The notes: generated from the sequence alone by a model not told the origin. Counted from the stretch's first letter, positions 22,801 to 33,367 are shown. The stretch: DNA of 64,000 bases from Aureliella sp. (GCA_963691875.1 OY829846.1:672001-736000); one strand, 5' to 3'. A program made the numbers and translations.

Positions 22801-24600
22801 CCACCGTTTCCAAATGTGCAAGGTTTGAGCTACGCCTTCACGCAAGAAGACATTGTGAGCACGGTGATACCCGAGGCAACCTTTGGCGACATCGACAACA
22901 CCACGCTGAGCTGGAGCTTACTTGGAACCAATGGCAGACCACTTCCTACTTGGATGCAGTTTGATCCAGCGAGCCGCAGGTTCTGGGGCGTGCCGAAGAA
23001 CCGTGACGTGGGCACAACGCACCTAGTTCTAACTGCGACCGACACCTTGGGCGAGCAGGCTCAAGTGCCTGTCCAGATTACTGTTCAGAACCTGAATGAT
23101 GCACCGACCGCGCTCAGCCTCTCGACTCGTGAGATCCCAGAAAATCTAGTGGGCCGACCAGTTGGACGGGTGTCCGCACAGGATCCAGATCCGAACGATA
23201 CGATCACTTGGACCCTTTCGGACGATCGTTTCCGGATCATCGAAAACGAACTGTGGCTCTTCGAGGCACTTGATTACGAGACCGAGCAGAATGTCCGATT
23301 GGTGCTAACTGCAACCGACTCAGGTAATCCTCCGCTGTCTTCAAGTCTGACCACGGACCTGCGCGTGGTGAACATTAACGAATTTGCTCCCAAAGTTTCT
23401 CCGCAGAATTTTGAGATGCGATCTGGTACCGCTGCCGGTACTCTCGTCGTAGATGTCGATGCCATCGACAATGACCTTGGCGATACCATCACTTACCAAC
23501 TAATCGGAGAAGGGGCCGAAAAGTTCACCATCGATTCGCAGACAGGCGAAGTACGTTTGGCAGAAGAATTGGACTTCGCTCGACAGAGCCGCTATCGATT
23601 CTTTGTCGAATCGACTGACGACGGATTTCCTCCAAAGTCTGGTCTTGTCCAATTCAACCTTTTTGTGACACCGATCAACGACTTCTTGCCAACGATCCAG
23701 TCCCCTCAGAACTTCATGATCTCTGAGAATATTCCTGGCGGAACCAGCGTGGGCACGGTTGCGGCAGAAGATCTCGATGGCCACGGTCTAACTTACGAGC
23801 TCGTCGGTGCAGTTCCGTTCTTAATTGATACGCAGACCGGTGAGCTAACCACTCGACCGGATGCAGTGATCGATTTCGAATCGCAATCCGAATTCCAGTT
23901 TCTTGTTCGTGTGACCGAAGCAATGGAGCCATATCGAAGCGCGGTCGGAACGGTTGGCATCACCGTCGTGAATCAGAACGAGCCTCCAACTAGCGTTCAA
24001 CTGACAACCAACGGTCCCGTGCTTTCCTCACGCACCGGACTCGACATTGGCACCTTGAGTGTTGTCGATCCTGATGCTGGGCTAACGCAATTCGGCTTTA
24101 GCACGAGCGACGGTCGATTTGTGTTTGATGGCAACCAGCTCAAGCTCACAGACTCTGGATACTTCACAGAGGCCGAAGACGGCCCACAAAACTTGTCGAT
24201 CCAAGTCACCGATCTGAGCGATCCAAGTGTCGCTGCGACTTTCACCGTTTCCTTCGACGTGCTCGCCGCACCGGCCTGGACCAACCCTGTCAATCGATTT
24301 GACGTTACGGGAGATGGAAACGTGGTGCCAAGGGATGCTTTGATCACCGTTTCAGAGCTCAACCAAAACGGAGCTCGACGCCTCTCCGATCCGCGAACAG
24401 TTGCCGAGCAATCGGAGTTTGATTGGGACGTCAACTCGGACGGTTCACTCACGCCGCTCGATGCTTTGATGATCATCAATCATTTGAATGAAATGCAGGC
24501 GAGCGGTGAGGGCGAAGGCTTCGCTGAATCAGGCTCCAACATCTGGCTGGATGCGTTTGAGGACCTAGAAGAAGAGCGTCGCCGAAGATTCTCTCGATAG
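19894..24600 (+). CDS. Large secreted reprolysin-like (M12B) zinc metallopeptidase with Ig/cadherin repeats and C-terminal dockerin-like domain
   Basis: Planctomycete extracellular motif LRKLQCEQLEARRVLA, HEIGHQFGSGH zinc motif, cadherin LDYE/DxD repeats, and DVTGDGNVVPRDAL / DVNSDGSLTPLDAL dockerin-type pair. Confidence 0.85.
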   Translation: MARAYHRCGISNSRGCGPYEHGKLRKLQCEQLEARRVLAAAISDVYWDSADEAAYDLKSADSVVHATEFELFTLDDGNLDTLLVNVPNEFEFGSERDELPTISLPRPDGSVEEFIFAQTDVMSPELAAKFPTFETFVGQGIDDPTASVRFDVTARGLNAIVTSSHGGYIIEPYFSAEDTNLYASYFLQGDFDLSEFQPESPALEWEDHSGFTGPEGEFNTSGDRQIGDEITVYRAAFASTGEYTQRFGGTVASGLARIVTEINRVNAVLEVEMAVRFQLVANNDLIIYTDPNSDPYDNADNGAVINQNRTNLANVIGNANFDIGHAMGTAGGGLAFIGAVGIDSIKAGAVSANVNHLSTTVHEIGHQFGSGHTFNGTGGACTGNWGGRHAAEPGSGTTILSYNGACGDNNIAGGRVLNYHAESWEAMRNHMENRIPNVGSRVNSGNNMPTIDAGRDYTIPARTPFVLTATASDADVNDVLTYTFDQRDRGPQQDVNLPDNGQSPLFRFFAPTESPTRYFPQISDIVNNRTTRGEKLPSTTRQLNFSAIVRDNRIGAGGLARDNVRLNVVDTGVPFEVTNFDTSASLTGFSVETITWNVAGTAAGAVNTPFVDVFFSTDGGETYPIEVATRLPNNGSADVIVPNVATTEGRFMVRGHNNVFFDINNVDLSVTITEVDLDLGIRTSTFIEDGPAVVVVPDAAVENPGNVDWTGLALAVEVENAIAGDLLKIDPRGAVNVSGNSVLYGGVQVATLSSNQTQLNLVLNAQMGTQQLQEVLRSVTFENTTDNPTSTVRSVSFVVGGSLRRVTTVDVVPTNDRPTLEPVSLGSILEDTTSIEANRIGDLLAGNFADVDAGSFATGIAITSNVDDPSEGRWFYSTNGGNNWQAIGTILNREQSLVLNLDAVIGFLPAPDFFGTPLGLSAYALDDTYAGGFSAGAARVALPLTALAQNGSASQNSASFSLEVLNVNDPPFPNVQGLSYAFTQEDIVSTVIPEATFGDIDNTTLSWSLLGTNGRPLPTWMQFDPASRRFWGVPKNRDVGTTHLVLTATDTLGEQAQVPVQITVQNLNDAPTALSLSTREIPENLVGRPVGRVSAQDPDPNDTITWTLSDDRFRIIENELWLFEALDYETEQNVRLVLTATDSGNPPLSSSLTTDLRVVNINEFAPKVSPQNFEMRSGTAAGTLVVDVDAIDNDLGDTITYQLIGEGAEKFTIDSQTGEVRLAEELDFARQSRYRFFVESTDDGFPPKSGLVQFNLFVTPINDFLPTIQSPQNFMISENIPGGTSVGTVAAEDLDGHGLTYELVGAVPFLIDTQTGELTTRPDAVIDFESQSEFQFLVRVTEAMEPYRSAVGTVGITVVNQNEPPTSVQLTTNGPVLSSRTGLDIGTLSVVDPDAGLTQFGFSTSDGRFVFDGNQLKLTDSGYFTEAEDGPQNLSIQVTDLSDPSVAATFTVSFDVLAAPAWTNPVNRFDVTGDGNVVPRDALITVSELNQNGARRLSDPRTVAEQSEFDWDVNSDGSLTPLDALMIINHLNEMQASGEGEGFAESGSNIWLDAFEDLEEERRRRFSR

Positions 24601-24645
24601 CCTATCGATTCCGCTCAGATGATTCATTGCAGTTGTCGGCAAGAC

Positions 24646-26046
24646 TTAGGGTCTTGTCGACAGCATCATAGCCGGTTGAACATCTGCAACCGCATCTCCC
24701 GAAGGAGTTGTAGGATGATCTTCGTGCGATTGGGCAGTTTGCTCGATCGAGGCATGAAGCCGCTCGGTGATCTCGATGAATTCTGATTCACGATCCACGA
24801 AAGCCAAAACAATTGTCGGATCAAAGTGCTGCCCAGTACCTTCGAGGATGATTTCCCGAGCCTGTTTGTGCGTCATTGGTCGCTTGTAGACGCGAGGGCT
24901 AACCAGTGCATCGTAGACATCCGCCAAAGCAACGATACGCGCGCTGATTGGAATCTCATTGCCCTTCAATTTCGCCGGATAGCCGGTCCCGTCGTACTTT
25001 TCATGATGCGACAAGGCAATTTCGTGCGCTACGGTTAAAAAATCGTCTTCTCCAAGGCGTTCGATGATAGCGGCAATGCACTCCGCGCCCAGTTCGGCGT
25101 GCGTCTCCATGACGGCTCGTTCTTCGGGGGCCAATCGACTTGGCTTTAGGAGAACCGAATCCGGAATTCCAACCTTGCCAATATCGTGTAGTGAAGAGGC
25201 AACTCCGAGCGTATCAATGTACTCGTTGGAAAAATCTGGCAAAGTTTGCTGCAGACCCTTCGCAAGGATCGTTACAAAAGAACGGATTCGATCGAGGTGG
25301 TCGCCGGTGTCCGAATCTCTCGATTCAGCAAGCTTCGCCAAGCCAAAGATCGTCGCGTTTCTCGTACGCTTGAGCGACTTGGTACGCTGTTCGACCTGTC
25401 TCTCAAGATTTTGGTTTGACGTCGAAAGACGGTGCTCGTATCGACCTATGACAACAGTTGCTGCCGCGGCGGTCAAACAAACCACGATCAACACAAACAC
25501 GTACGCCAAAGCGAACACTGGTCGTAACGTTGCTTCGGTCTGTTTGAAAATGCTCGCCTTATTCTGGACAGCGAGAACCAACAAACCGGTTTCAGGGATC
25601 CGCTCAATGGCAACAAGATGCGTGCCGATATCCAGCGTGCTTGCCCGTTCGTCCAACGCCATTTTCGACTGCAACGTTCGGAAGTGTTTCGAAAGGTAGG
25701 ATTCCCACTCTGACTCGAATTGCTTCTGGCAAGCTATCCGAATCGTTTCCGGCGAGAACAAGCAGACAGAACCATTATTGGGCACTCGGATTTTTTCGAG
25801 CAAAGTGGATAGCTGGTCCCAATCGAGCTCACTTGCACCGCCGACACCCAGCTCGCGACAGAACACAGCTGCCTGATGTACAATCTGTTGGTTGTTGCGT
25901 TGGATGGCCTCAGCCAACGAACCTTGCAATCGTTGTCGAGACAGGTTTGAGAAAAGAAAGATGCCAGCTGACACGCAGATGCATTGCGCGCCCACCAAAA
26001 GCAGAACTAGCAGAGTTCGATTCTTGAATTTTGGTTGGCTTATCAT
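24646..26046 (-). CDS. Membrane-bound HD-GYP cyclic-di-GMP phosphodiesterase
   Basis: Two TM helices around a periplasmic domain. ESRDSDTGDH, LHDIGK, HHEKYDGTGYP, ADVYDAL..RVYK. Confidence 0.88.
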   Translation of the reverse strand: MISQPKFKNRTLLVLLLVGAQCICVSAGIFLFSNLSRQRLQGSLAEAIQRNNQQIVHQAAVFCRELGVGGASELDWDQLSTLLEKIRVPNNGSVCLFSPETIRIACQKQFESEWESYLSKHFRTLQSKMALDERASTLDIGTHLVAIERIPETGLLVLAVQNKASIFKQTEATLRPVFALAYVFVLIVVCLTAAAATVVIGRYEHRLSTSNQNLERQVEQRTKSLKRTRNATIFGLAKLAESRDSDTGDHLDRIRSFVTILAKGLQQTLPDFSNEYIDTLGVASSLHDIGKVGIPDSVLLKPSRLAPEERAVMETHAELGAECIAAIIERLGEDDFLTVAHEIALSHHEKYDGTGYPAKLKGNEIPISARIVALADVYDALVSPRVYKRPMTHKQAREIILEGTGQHFDPTIVLAFVDRESEFIEITERLHASIEQTAQSHEDHPTTPSGDAVADVQPAMMLSTRP

Positions 26047-26350
26047 CGAGCACCTGGTAGCGCACCGAGGGATTTCGAAAACATCATAGAGAGGATCGAT
26101 TGAAGTTAATCCGATTAACGAGAACCCTCCCCAGGGAGCGTATTACACGCATAGACATTGAAGCCGCAAATCAGTTAATGATGCTTGATAGGTCTGAATC
26201 TCATTGCCGGAGAATCGGATACTAACGTCTGCGCACACACGTCTCGATACCTTGAACAGTCAAATCCGGCTCGCCACGGTGGCAATGCAGCCATGGCGGC
26301 TCAGCCACGCGCGTCAATTTGAAGAGCTATGAATTCAGCTACAAGAAGCT

Positions 26351-27898
26351 TCAGCCATTGAAGGTTCGCAGCAGTTTTCTCCCGCGGAAGAGACACAGTA
26401 TGATCTCAGGACTGAGCGCCTTCGGATCGTGATTTGAGCTGGGATAGCTGAGCAGCTCATTCCCATCGGTGAGAACAATCCACTCTTGTCCAGCTTTCTC
26501 TGCAGTGCCAATCAGAGCAGTCTCCCCGAAAAACAAAGTCAGCGCTATTGGCTTGGCGGACTCATAGCCCAGTGATTGCAGGTACTGCTGCATGCGTGCC
26601 GACTCGATCTGCTGCGTCTCGTTCAATTGATCTGCAGGCACTTCGAAGATCTCTTCGTGCTCAGCTTGCCATCCAGCAAAGACGGAGAATATGTCGTCTA
26701 CTGGCAACGAAGACATGTCCGTCTGAAAGCAATGCGTTAATGGACCACTGATAGCAATATTCTGCATCGGCCCCTGGGGCATGCTGTAGGTAAATCGAAA
26801 CAGATAACAAGCTCTCGGCTCTTCGTAACTCGGCCAGTACTGAGTTCGATGCTCAATAAGTTCAATCTCTTGTGGAGCGATCCCAAATTGAGCAGGGTCT
26901 GCTAGCCATGAAGCCAGCTCCGATTCGGCGGCGGCTTGAGGCGTTCGATACTCTTCCGGAATGGCTTTCATGAGTCCGAGCTCCTCGGCGTACGCTAAGA
27001 CTCGCCCTCGGGCTGCCGCATCCTGGCTCAGGGCAACCAAGCGTTCTTTGCCTTCGTCCACCTTGAGTCGAGCCAGTGCTGCGGCGGCTTCAGTCTGAAT
27101 TCTCCGGTGTGATAACGTCAGCGCGTCAATCAACGGTTCCTTAGCAATGAAATTCGCGATTTGCCCGAGACCGTCGCACAGAGACACAGTCAAAGCTACG
27201 CTGTCTGCCAACGCCTGCTGTACGACTTCGACCGTATCACCAAATTTCTGGGGTTCCTTTTCGAGTTGCCGAAGCCGGTAAATGACTTGTTGCAAGAGCT
27301 GGCTGAGCTGCTCGGCACGTGCAGCCCAGGGATGCGTTTCTAGCCCCCCCTCGCGGACCGAATAATTCGCAAGGTCCAGAAGTACTGCGGTTGTCGACGG
27401 CTGCAAAAAGCCATCGTCCAGTTGTTCGAAAAAATCCATCAGTGCATCTGGCTTGGCCGACCAAAGTGGGCTCAGAGCTATCCCTACGGATTGCCAGTCT
27501 TCAGGTGGCAACTCTTGCAACGTTTCCACCAAAGCGAGCAGTGATTCGGCATCAGCTTGAATTGCCAAGACTTGAAGCAGATGGGCAGCTGCTGCGCCAT
27601 GCTTTGCAGCCACAAGCTGTTCGTAAACGTTTGCAACTTGTCGAGAGTCCAAGATGGGTGCCTCGGGAGTCTCTTCCAGAAGCTGCTTGACCCGCGCGGC
27701 CATGAGCTGAAACACCAGCTGCGGATGGGAGCTACCTGAAGAGATGTTGCCAATCTGATGCTCTAGCACCCCCAACAAGGATTCCAGCTCCAAGTAGTCA
27801 GCTTGCATCAATCCCTGCTGACACGCTTCATCCAGCTGACTGGCTTGTGGAGATGCGAGCCATGGCAGTAGTTTGTGGATCCAATGCTCGGAACTCAT
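26351..27898 (-). CDS. Conserved hypothetical, HEAT-repeat-like helical protein
   Basis: 515-aa Leu/Ala/Glu-rich ORF with a HEAT-like segment HRRIQTEAAAALARL. Confidence 0.65.
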   Translation of the reverse strand: MSSEHWIHKLLPWLASPQASQLDEACQQGLMQADYLELESLLGVLEHQIGNISSGSSHPQLVFQLMAARVKQLLEETPEAPILDSRQVANVYEQLVAAKHGAAAAHLLQVLAIQADAESLLALVETLQELPPEDWQSVGIALSPLWSAKPDALMDFFEQLDDGFLQPSTTAVLLDLANYSVREGGLETHPWAARAEQLSQLLQQVIYRLRQLEKEPQKFGDTVEVVQQALADSVALTVSLCDGLGQIANFIAKEPLIDALTLSHRRIQTEAAAALARLKVDEGKERLVALSQDAAARGRVLAYAEELGLMKAIPEEYRTPQAAAESELASWLADPAQFGIAPQEIELIEHRTQYWPSYEEPRACYLFRFTYSMPQGPMQNIAISGPLTHCFQTDMSSLPVDDIFSVFAGWQAEHEEIFEVPADQLNETQQIESARMQQYLQSLGYESAKPIALTLFFGETALIGTAEKAGQEWIVLTDGNELLSYPSSNHDPKALSPEIILCLFRGRKLLRTFNG

Positions 27899-28294
27899 AG
27901 GCTACTCAATATAGGGACGAGGGTTTGCAGACCGGGGTGTTCAGCCAAGAATGGGCCCAGCCAGAAGAATGGGCAAGCTGCTCATGCGAGGACGCGGGAT
28001 TATTTCACCCGCAACGCTGATTCCACACAATAGGTAGTGACATTGTTTGCCAATTCCGTCTAGTATCTACCTTTACAGTAGAGCTTGTTTGGCTGGAATG
28101 GTCTCGCCGAACAGCAGGTCTCTTCGACTCTCGCACAGTTGTTCGCATCAACTTTTCCAGTGCTTTTGCGGCCTGAAGCGACTGAACTGAGGCTTTCCCC
28201 CATAGCTGAACGGGTGGCGTGTCAATCAGTTTGATCGCATCGGGCCGTGGAAACAGCAGCGGCGATCCTCGCCGAAAGAGCTTTTTTGGATTGA

Positions 28295-29692
28295 TTGGTC
28301 CGCCCTAGATGGCGCATTCTGTTTGGGCTGGAGTGGAAGAAGATCCGTGTGGAGGCCGAAGTCTTTGCACGAAATATTTTCGTTCATGGAACCACATACA
28401 TTGGATTTATTTTGCAAGCTACCAGCTCCCCAGAGGAGTCGCAGGCTGCAGCCGAAGTCGGTTTTGCAGACCTAGACCTCTCGAAAGTGATGCGCCGAGC
28501 CCTAAAGCGAGGCGGCTACGAAACTCCGTCTCCGATCCAAGCCCAATTGATCCCACCCGCACTCGACGGACACGACGTCATTGGACAGGCAAGAACTGGC
28601 ACGGGAAAGACCGCTGCGTTCTCCATTCCAATTCTTGAGTTACTCGATCCGCTGAGTCAGTGCAGGAATCCGCAAGCACTCGTATTGGTGCCTACCCGCG
28701 AGTTGGCCGAGCAAGTGTATCAAGAGATGTGCAAGCTCGCTCATGGATGCAAGACGGCGATCACGGTTTTGGCCGGTGGCAAACACATGCGCCGCCAGAT
28801 TCGGCAACTGCAGGAAGGCACTCAAGTTGTCGTTGGCACACCAGGTCGGGTCTTCGATCACATCCAACGTAGAACCTTCAAGACTCATGATCTTTGGTGC
28901 GTAGTTCTGGATGAAGCAGATCGCATGTTGGACATTGGATTTCGTCCCGCAATTGAACGAATCCTACGGTCCTGTCCCAAAGATCGGCAGACCATGCTGC
29001 TTAGCGCAACGATGCCTCCTGAAATCCAGCGGCTAACCAAACGTTATCAAGAGAATCCGGTGCACATCGACTGCTCCGGAAAGAACATCTCAGTCGAGAC
29101 GATCGAGCAGCGTTACTTTAGCATTCGGCAGAACCAGAAGTACGAATTGCTGCTAAAACTGCTCGAACGCGAGATTCCACGCCAGGCGATCATTTTTTGC
29201 CGAACAAAGCGAGGCACCGATCGCTTGCACTTGGCCCTCGAGAAATCCTTGGCGAACCATGACGAGCTTTCCAAAGCCAAACTGGCCTGTATCCATGGCG
29301 ATATGAACCAGCGAGGTCGAGACCGGGTCTTCAATGATCTGCGCGCCGGAAAGGTCAACATCTTGGTTGCGACAGATGTTGTCGGACGCGGCATCGACGT
29401 ATCCACCGTATCGCACATCATCAACTACGACATTCCGCTCGACTGCGAAGACTATGTCCACCGAGTAGGTCGGACAGGGCGGATGGGAAGAGAAGGAATC
29501 GCATTCACTTTCGTAACTGCCGATGAAGGTCCGCAGTTGACCGCGATCGAAGCCAACATCAACCGGTTACTCGAACGTGATTCGATCGGTGAGCCAGAAC
29601 CAGTGGAAGCGGTTGTCGAAGAGCCGCAGGAGGAAAAGCCTAAGAAAAAACGGCTTTTCCCTGCCAGGAAAGTAGGTGGCAGACGACGTTGA
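28295..29692 (+). CDS. DEAD-box RNA helicase
   Basis: Q motif PSPIQ, ARTGTGKT, PTRELA, GTPGR, DEAD, SAT, HRVGRTGR. True start is probably downstream (for example TTG at 28412). Confidence 0.93.
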   Translation: MVRPRWRILFGLEWKKIRVEAEVFARNIFVHGTTYIGFILQATSSPEESQAAAEVGFADLDLSKVMRRALKRGGYETPSPIQAQLIPPALDGHDVIGQARTGTGKTAAFSIPILELLDPLSQCRNPQALVLVPTRELAEQVYQEMCKLAHGCKTAITVLAGGKHMRRQIRQLQEGTQVVVGTPGRVFDHIQRRTFKTHDLWCVVLDEADRMLDIGFRPAIERILRSCPKDRQTMLLSATMPPEIQRLTKRYQENPVHIDCSGKNISVETIEQRYFSIRQNQKYELLLKLLEREIPRQAIIFCRTKRGTDRLHLALEKSLANHDELSKAKLACIHGDMNQRGRDRVFNDLRAGKVNILVATDVVGRGIDVSTVSHIINYDIPLDCEDYVHRVGRTGRMGREGIAFTFVTADEGPQLTAIEANINRLLERDSIGEPEPVEAVVEEPQEEKPKKKRLFPARKVGGRRR

Positions 29693-29783
29693 CGTTAATC
29701 TGATTCCTGCACTTCCACCACCAGTAGCTCGTATCCGACGCTACGTGGCAACCTGAATCACGATTTAAGGCGGTAGAATTCAA

Positions 29784-30650
29784 GTGTCTGAATCGCGCTC
29801 ACCATCGCTCCGCGACCTGTTCGTTGCAGAAGTAATTGGAACGTTCATTCTGATCTTCTTCGGAATTGGCGCCGTTCATTCCGCGGTCGCCTTCGGAGCG
29901 CAATCAGGGCTTTGGCAAGTTGCGGCAGTCTGGGGCGTTGCCATCATGCTGGCCATCTATTGCATTGGTCAAATCAGTGGAGCGCACATCAACCCAGCTA
30001 TCACTCTTTGCATGTATATCTGGGACGACTTCGACGCGAAGAAGATTGGGCCCTACATTGCTGGCCAGCTTGTAGGAGCCTTTCTCGCTGCCTCGTTACT
30101 GTTCCTTCTCTTCTCCGCAAGACTCGAATCGGTGGAGATAGAGTTCGGTGTCAAGCGAGGAAAGCCCGGCAGCGAGATTACAGCAAGTTGTTACGGAGAA
30201 TTCTTCCCCAACCCTGGAGGCCTGTCTGAGAAACCATACTCTCCGGCGGAACACGAAAAGCTTCGTGGACAAGTCACACATGCTACGGCGTTTTGGGCAG
30301 AGCTCTTCGGAACCGCAATCCTCGCGTTTGTCGTCATGGCACTTGGGAACAAGAGAAACCGAGAATCGCCAAAGAGCAATCTCGCTCCCGTTTTTGTTGG
30401 TCTCACCGTCACACTTCTGATCTCAGTGATTGCACCACTGACTCAAGCCTGCTTTAACCCTGCTCGGGACTTCGCGCCACGAGTGTTCGCTGCGTTTGCC
30501 GGCTGGGGGAAAATCGCTTTGCCGCTCGGCTCAGAATGGGGCTGGCTCACTGTGTATATCCTCGCTCCCATTGTGGGTGCCATCCTCGGCGGAGGTTTCT
30601 ACAAGAAGGTCGTAGAGCCAATCTTTATGAAACTACCTGAGGAGGCGTAA
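29784..30650 (+). CDS. MIP-family channel, aquaglyceroporin (GlpF-type)
   Basis: SGAHINPA and FNPARDF; the Asp after the second NPA-R is typical of glyceroporins. Six TM helices. Confidence 0.88.
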   Translation: MSESRSPSLRDLFVAEVIGTFILIFFGIGAVHSAVAFGAQSGLWQVAAVWGVAIMLAIYCIGQISGAHINPAITLCMYIWDDFDAKKIGPYIAGQLVGAFLAASLLFLLFSARLESVEIEFGVKRGKPGSEITASCYGEFFPNPGGLSEKPYSPAEHEKLRGQVTHATAFWAELFGTAILAFVVMALGNKRNRESPKSNLAPVFVGLTVTLLISVIAPLTQACFNPARDFAPRVFAAFAGWGKIALPLGSEWGWLTVYILAPIVGAILGGGFYKKVVEPIFMKLPEEA

Positions 30651-30677
30651 ACCAGGTCGGAGCTAACCACTACACGG

Positions 30678-33302
30678 TTATTTGACTCGGAAAACTTCGC
30701 TTTGAATCAGTGCCATGATGAGATCTTTCAGCGGGTAGTCCGAGCTGGCCTGCTGGTGCAGAATCTCATTGATCTCATGCTTTTCCCGAAACGACAGCTC
30801 GCGGCCGGTTGCGTAGGTCATTAGCTTCGTTGCCAAGCATTCCACAAAAGGTCCGGGGTGCTCGTAAAGATATCTTTTCAATTCACGCACATCCGAGATC
30901 CTTGTGCCACCGGGGAGCTCTCCCGAGGCATCGACTTTGAGCCGGTCTGCCTTCCCCCCTCCGCTGCCCCGACTGGCTCGATAGACCTCGCGCCATCTTC
31001 CGATCGGGTCAAGATTCTCAAGCGAGAACCCAAGTGGATCAATCTCGCGATGGCAAACAGCACAGCTCTGCTCCGAGGTATGAGCCGCCAGCATTTCCTT
31101 GGGCGTTAGACTCGCATTTACGTCTGGCGTCAACGCCGGAACCGCTTGCGGCGGATCCAATGGCGGCCGCCCCAAGATGTTCTCCAACACCCAAACACCT
31201 CGCAATACAGGCTGAGTGTCGACTCCGTTTGCGGTAGCCATCATCGTAGCAGGCATGCCAAGAACGCCTCCTCGCCAATCAAACCGGTCCACTTCCACTC
31301 GAGCACTGCGTTTCGAAAGTTTCAACGTGTTCTTTGGCAGTGCATAGAGCTGGGTTGCAACATCTGAACTGGTAACCAGAAAATCTGGCGCGAGTAGTGA
31401 TCTTGCAGAGGCGTTTTCTTCAAGCAAAGCACGGAATGTTTCAGCCGGTTCACGGGCTACTGTTTCGCGGAGCGGCTCAAACTTGCGGATCAATCTAGGA
31501 TCGGGCATGAGAGAGTCTAGAGCTTCGAGCCGCAACCATGATTGTGTGAAATCCTGAGCAAAACCGGAATTCGCCGGGGCGGCCGCAGCCTTTAATAGTC
31601 TCGCCGCATGGCCACCGAGTATACTCGGGCTTGAAAGCCGCCCGCTGTTCGCAGCTTCGAGCAGTTTACTGTCAGGCGGTGCCGAGGTCAGAAAGAAGCT
31701 GAGGCGACTTGCCAGATCGTGCTCTCCGAGTGGCTCACCAAACTCCTGGTTTCCAATGCAACGGAAAAGAAAAGAAGGGGACATCAGAGTGTGTCGAATA
31801 GCAATGTGATAGGCCTGCGGCAAGCTATAGCCATCGTCTAGGATCAGTTGCATCAGCTCAAGAGCCACCTCCGTTTCTTCAGAACGCGCGGGACGGCGGA
31901 AGGCGCTGGACTGAAACCTGCTTAGAATCTCGCGACGAGCCTTTACGCTATGTGGCTCATGCTGAGTATTGAGGAATTGCTCCGCTCGCTTTTTCGCTAA
32001 CTGACTCTCTCGCGATGGTTCGGGATCGAAAGGCCCTTCGACCTCGACCTCACCAATTGAAAGATAAGGCCCTTCCTCGAAGAACTTGTAAACGATTGTT
32101 TCACCAGTGAGTACACTGTTACGAGCATACTTTTTTGCGATGGCTTCGAGTGCAACCGGCGATTCGCGAAGCGATTCAATATCTAATTCCTGCTTCGCCA
32201 TCGCGGTCTTGACTTGCTCCCAGCCGCTTCCACCTCTTGCAGGAGATCCAACCAATTTCCATGCGGCGGCAAGTTTCAGATCGCTTCGAAAAATCTCCAG
32301 CAAAACATTCTGAAAGTTCTTCTTATCGTCGTAATCCAGTGGCCCGTTCGCATAACGAAAGACGAGCGTATGTCCCGCTTGAATTCGCGCTTGAAATTTC
32401 ACTTGCTGCGGTGAATCTTTGGAGGCGGCTGAATCGACTTCAATGGTCTGAACCTTTGCGAAATTTTTTCTGCCATTCGGATCCATCGTCCCGATCTCAA
32501 GTTGCTGAGGCAGGTTCTTGAGCTCGCCCGTACCATGAATCGAGACACGCACGCGATAAGTACCCGTAGCTGGCGCGGCAAACTTCGCCGGCCACGTGCT
32601 ATTGCGTCTCTCGTTCTTTCCGCTTGACGCCAGCCGCATCCCACCATCTATAAGACAGGCAGATGAGTAGCTAATCACTAGGTCTTTCGCAGGGATCACG
32701 AACTTATCTGTTTCGGCAAGCATGTCGTCCGGAGGGAAATACAGATCCGCTACGCTCGTTGCCGTCTCAGCAATGGCTTCCATGTGCGCTGGAGCGAGAT
32801 TCATTCCACTTGCAAGATTATCAAATCCATGCTGCCGAGAATCAGCTGGGAATGTTTCAGGCAACTGAAAGTCAGCGAATTGAGTAAGCTGCCGAATCAC
32901 GTTGGTCAGCTCTCGACGACTCAGTCTTCGCAAATGAGTCCCGCCGACCGGTCCTTTACGAATCATTTCTGACTCTAGCCACGCCAGAAATGCAGCTCGC
33001 TCAGGCCCTGCCGGCTGCTCCGCATCAATCGGCGGCATTACGGAACGAGCGAGGTACTCTCGGACTTGCTCCCAGTGTTGAGCCACCTTTCGATCGGCCC
33101 AATCAACGGGACTCAAATCAAGTGCGAAATCACCTTCCGCATCTGCACCACTGTGACAGCTAAGGCAAGTTCCTTCTAAGAATTCACGCTGCTTCGGCGG
33201 AATGCGCGAGGGTTGGGCCAGAAGACGACCACACCCTAGCGAAACCAAGAATACTAAGAGTGAGCCACGCAAGAGACGCGGCCATTTAAATCTGGAGATC
33301 AT
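30678..33302 (-). CDS. DUF1592/DUF1588/DUF1585 (PSD/PSCyt) cytochrome-c-domain protein
   Basis: Signal peptide, CLSCH and CAVCH heme motifs, RRLSRRE, LASRLSFFL..PPD, PVLRGVWVLENILG, DPLGFSLEN.D.IGRWR. Confidence 0.87.
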   Translation of the reverse strand: MISRFKWPRLLRGSLLVFLVSLGCGRLLAQPSRIPPKQREFLEGTCLSCHSGADAEGDFALDLSPVDWADRKVAQHWEQVREYLARSVMPPIDAEQPAGPERAAFLAWLESEMIRKGPVGGTHLRRLSRRELTNVIRQLTQFADFQLPETFPADSRQHGFDNLASGMNLAPAHMEAIAETATSVADLYFPPDDMLAETDKFVIPAKDLVISYSSACLIDGGMRLASSGKNERRNSTWPAKFAAPATGTYRVRVSIHGTGELKNLPQQLEIGTMDPNGRKNFAKVQTIEVDSAASKDSPQQVKFQARIQAGHTLVFRYANGPLDYDDKKNFQNVLLEIFRSDLKLAAAWKLVGSPARGGSGWEQVKTAMAKQELDIESLRESPVALEAIAKKYARNSVLTGETIVYKFFEEGPYLSIGEVEVEGPFDPEPSRESQLAKKRAEQFLNTQHEPHSVKARREILSRFQSSAFRRPARSEETEVALELMQLILDDGYSLPQAYHIAIRHTLMSPSFLFRCIGNQEFGEPLGEHDLASRLSFFLTSAPPDSKLLEAANSGRLSSPSILGGHAARLLKAAAAPANSGFAQDFTQSWLRLEALDSLMPDPRLIRKFEPLRETVAREPAETFRALLEENASARSLLAPDFLVTSSDVATQLYALPKNTLKLSKRSARVEVDRFDWRGGVLGMPATMMATANGVDTQPVLRGVWVLENILGRPPLDPPQAVPALTPDVNASLTPKEMLAAHTSEQSCAVCHREIDPLGFSLENLDPIGRWREVYRASRGSGGGKADRLKVDASGELPGGTRISDVRELKRYLYEHPGPFVECLATKLMTYATGRELSFREKHEINEILHQQASSDYPLKDLIMALIQSEVFRVK

Positions 33303-33367
33303 GTCGAGTCTTCTCGTATTGAAATCACTCTACTCTGGCAACAGCAAGCACTGAGATACCTGATCGC

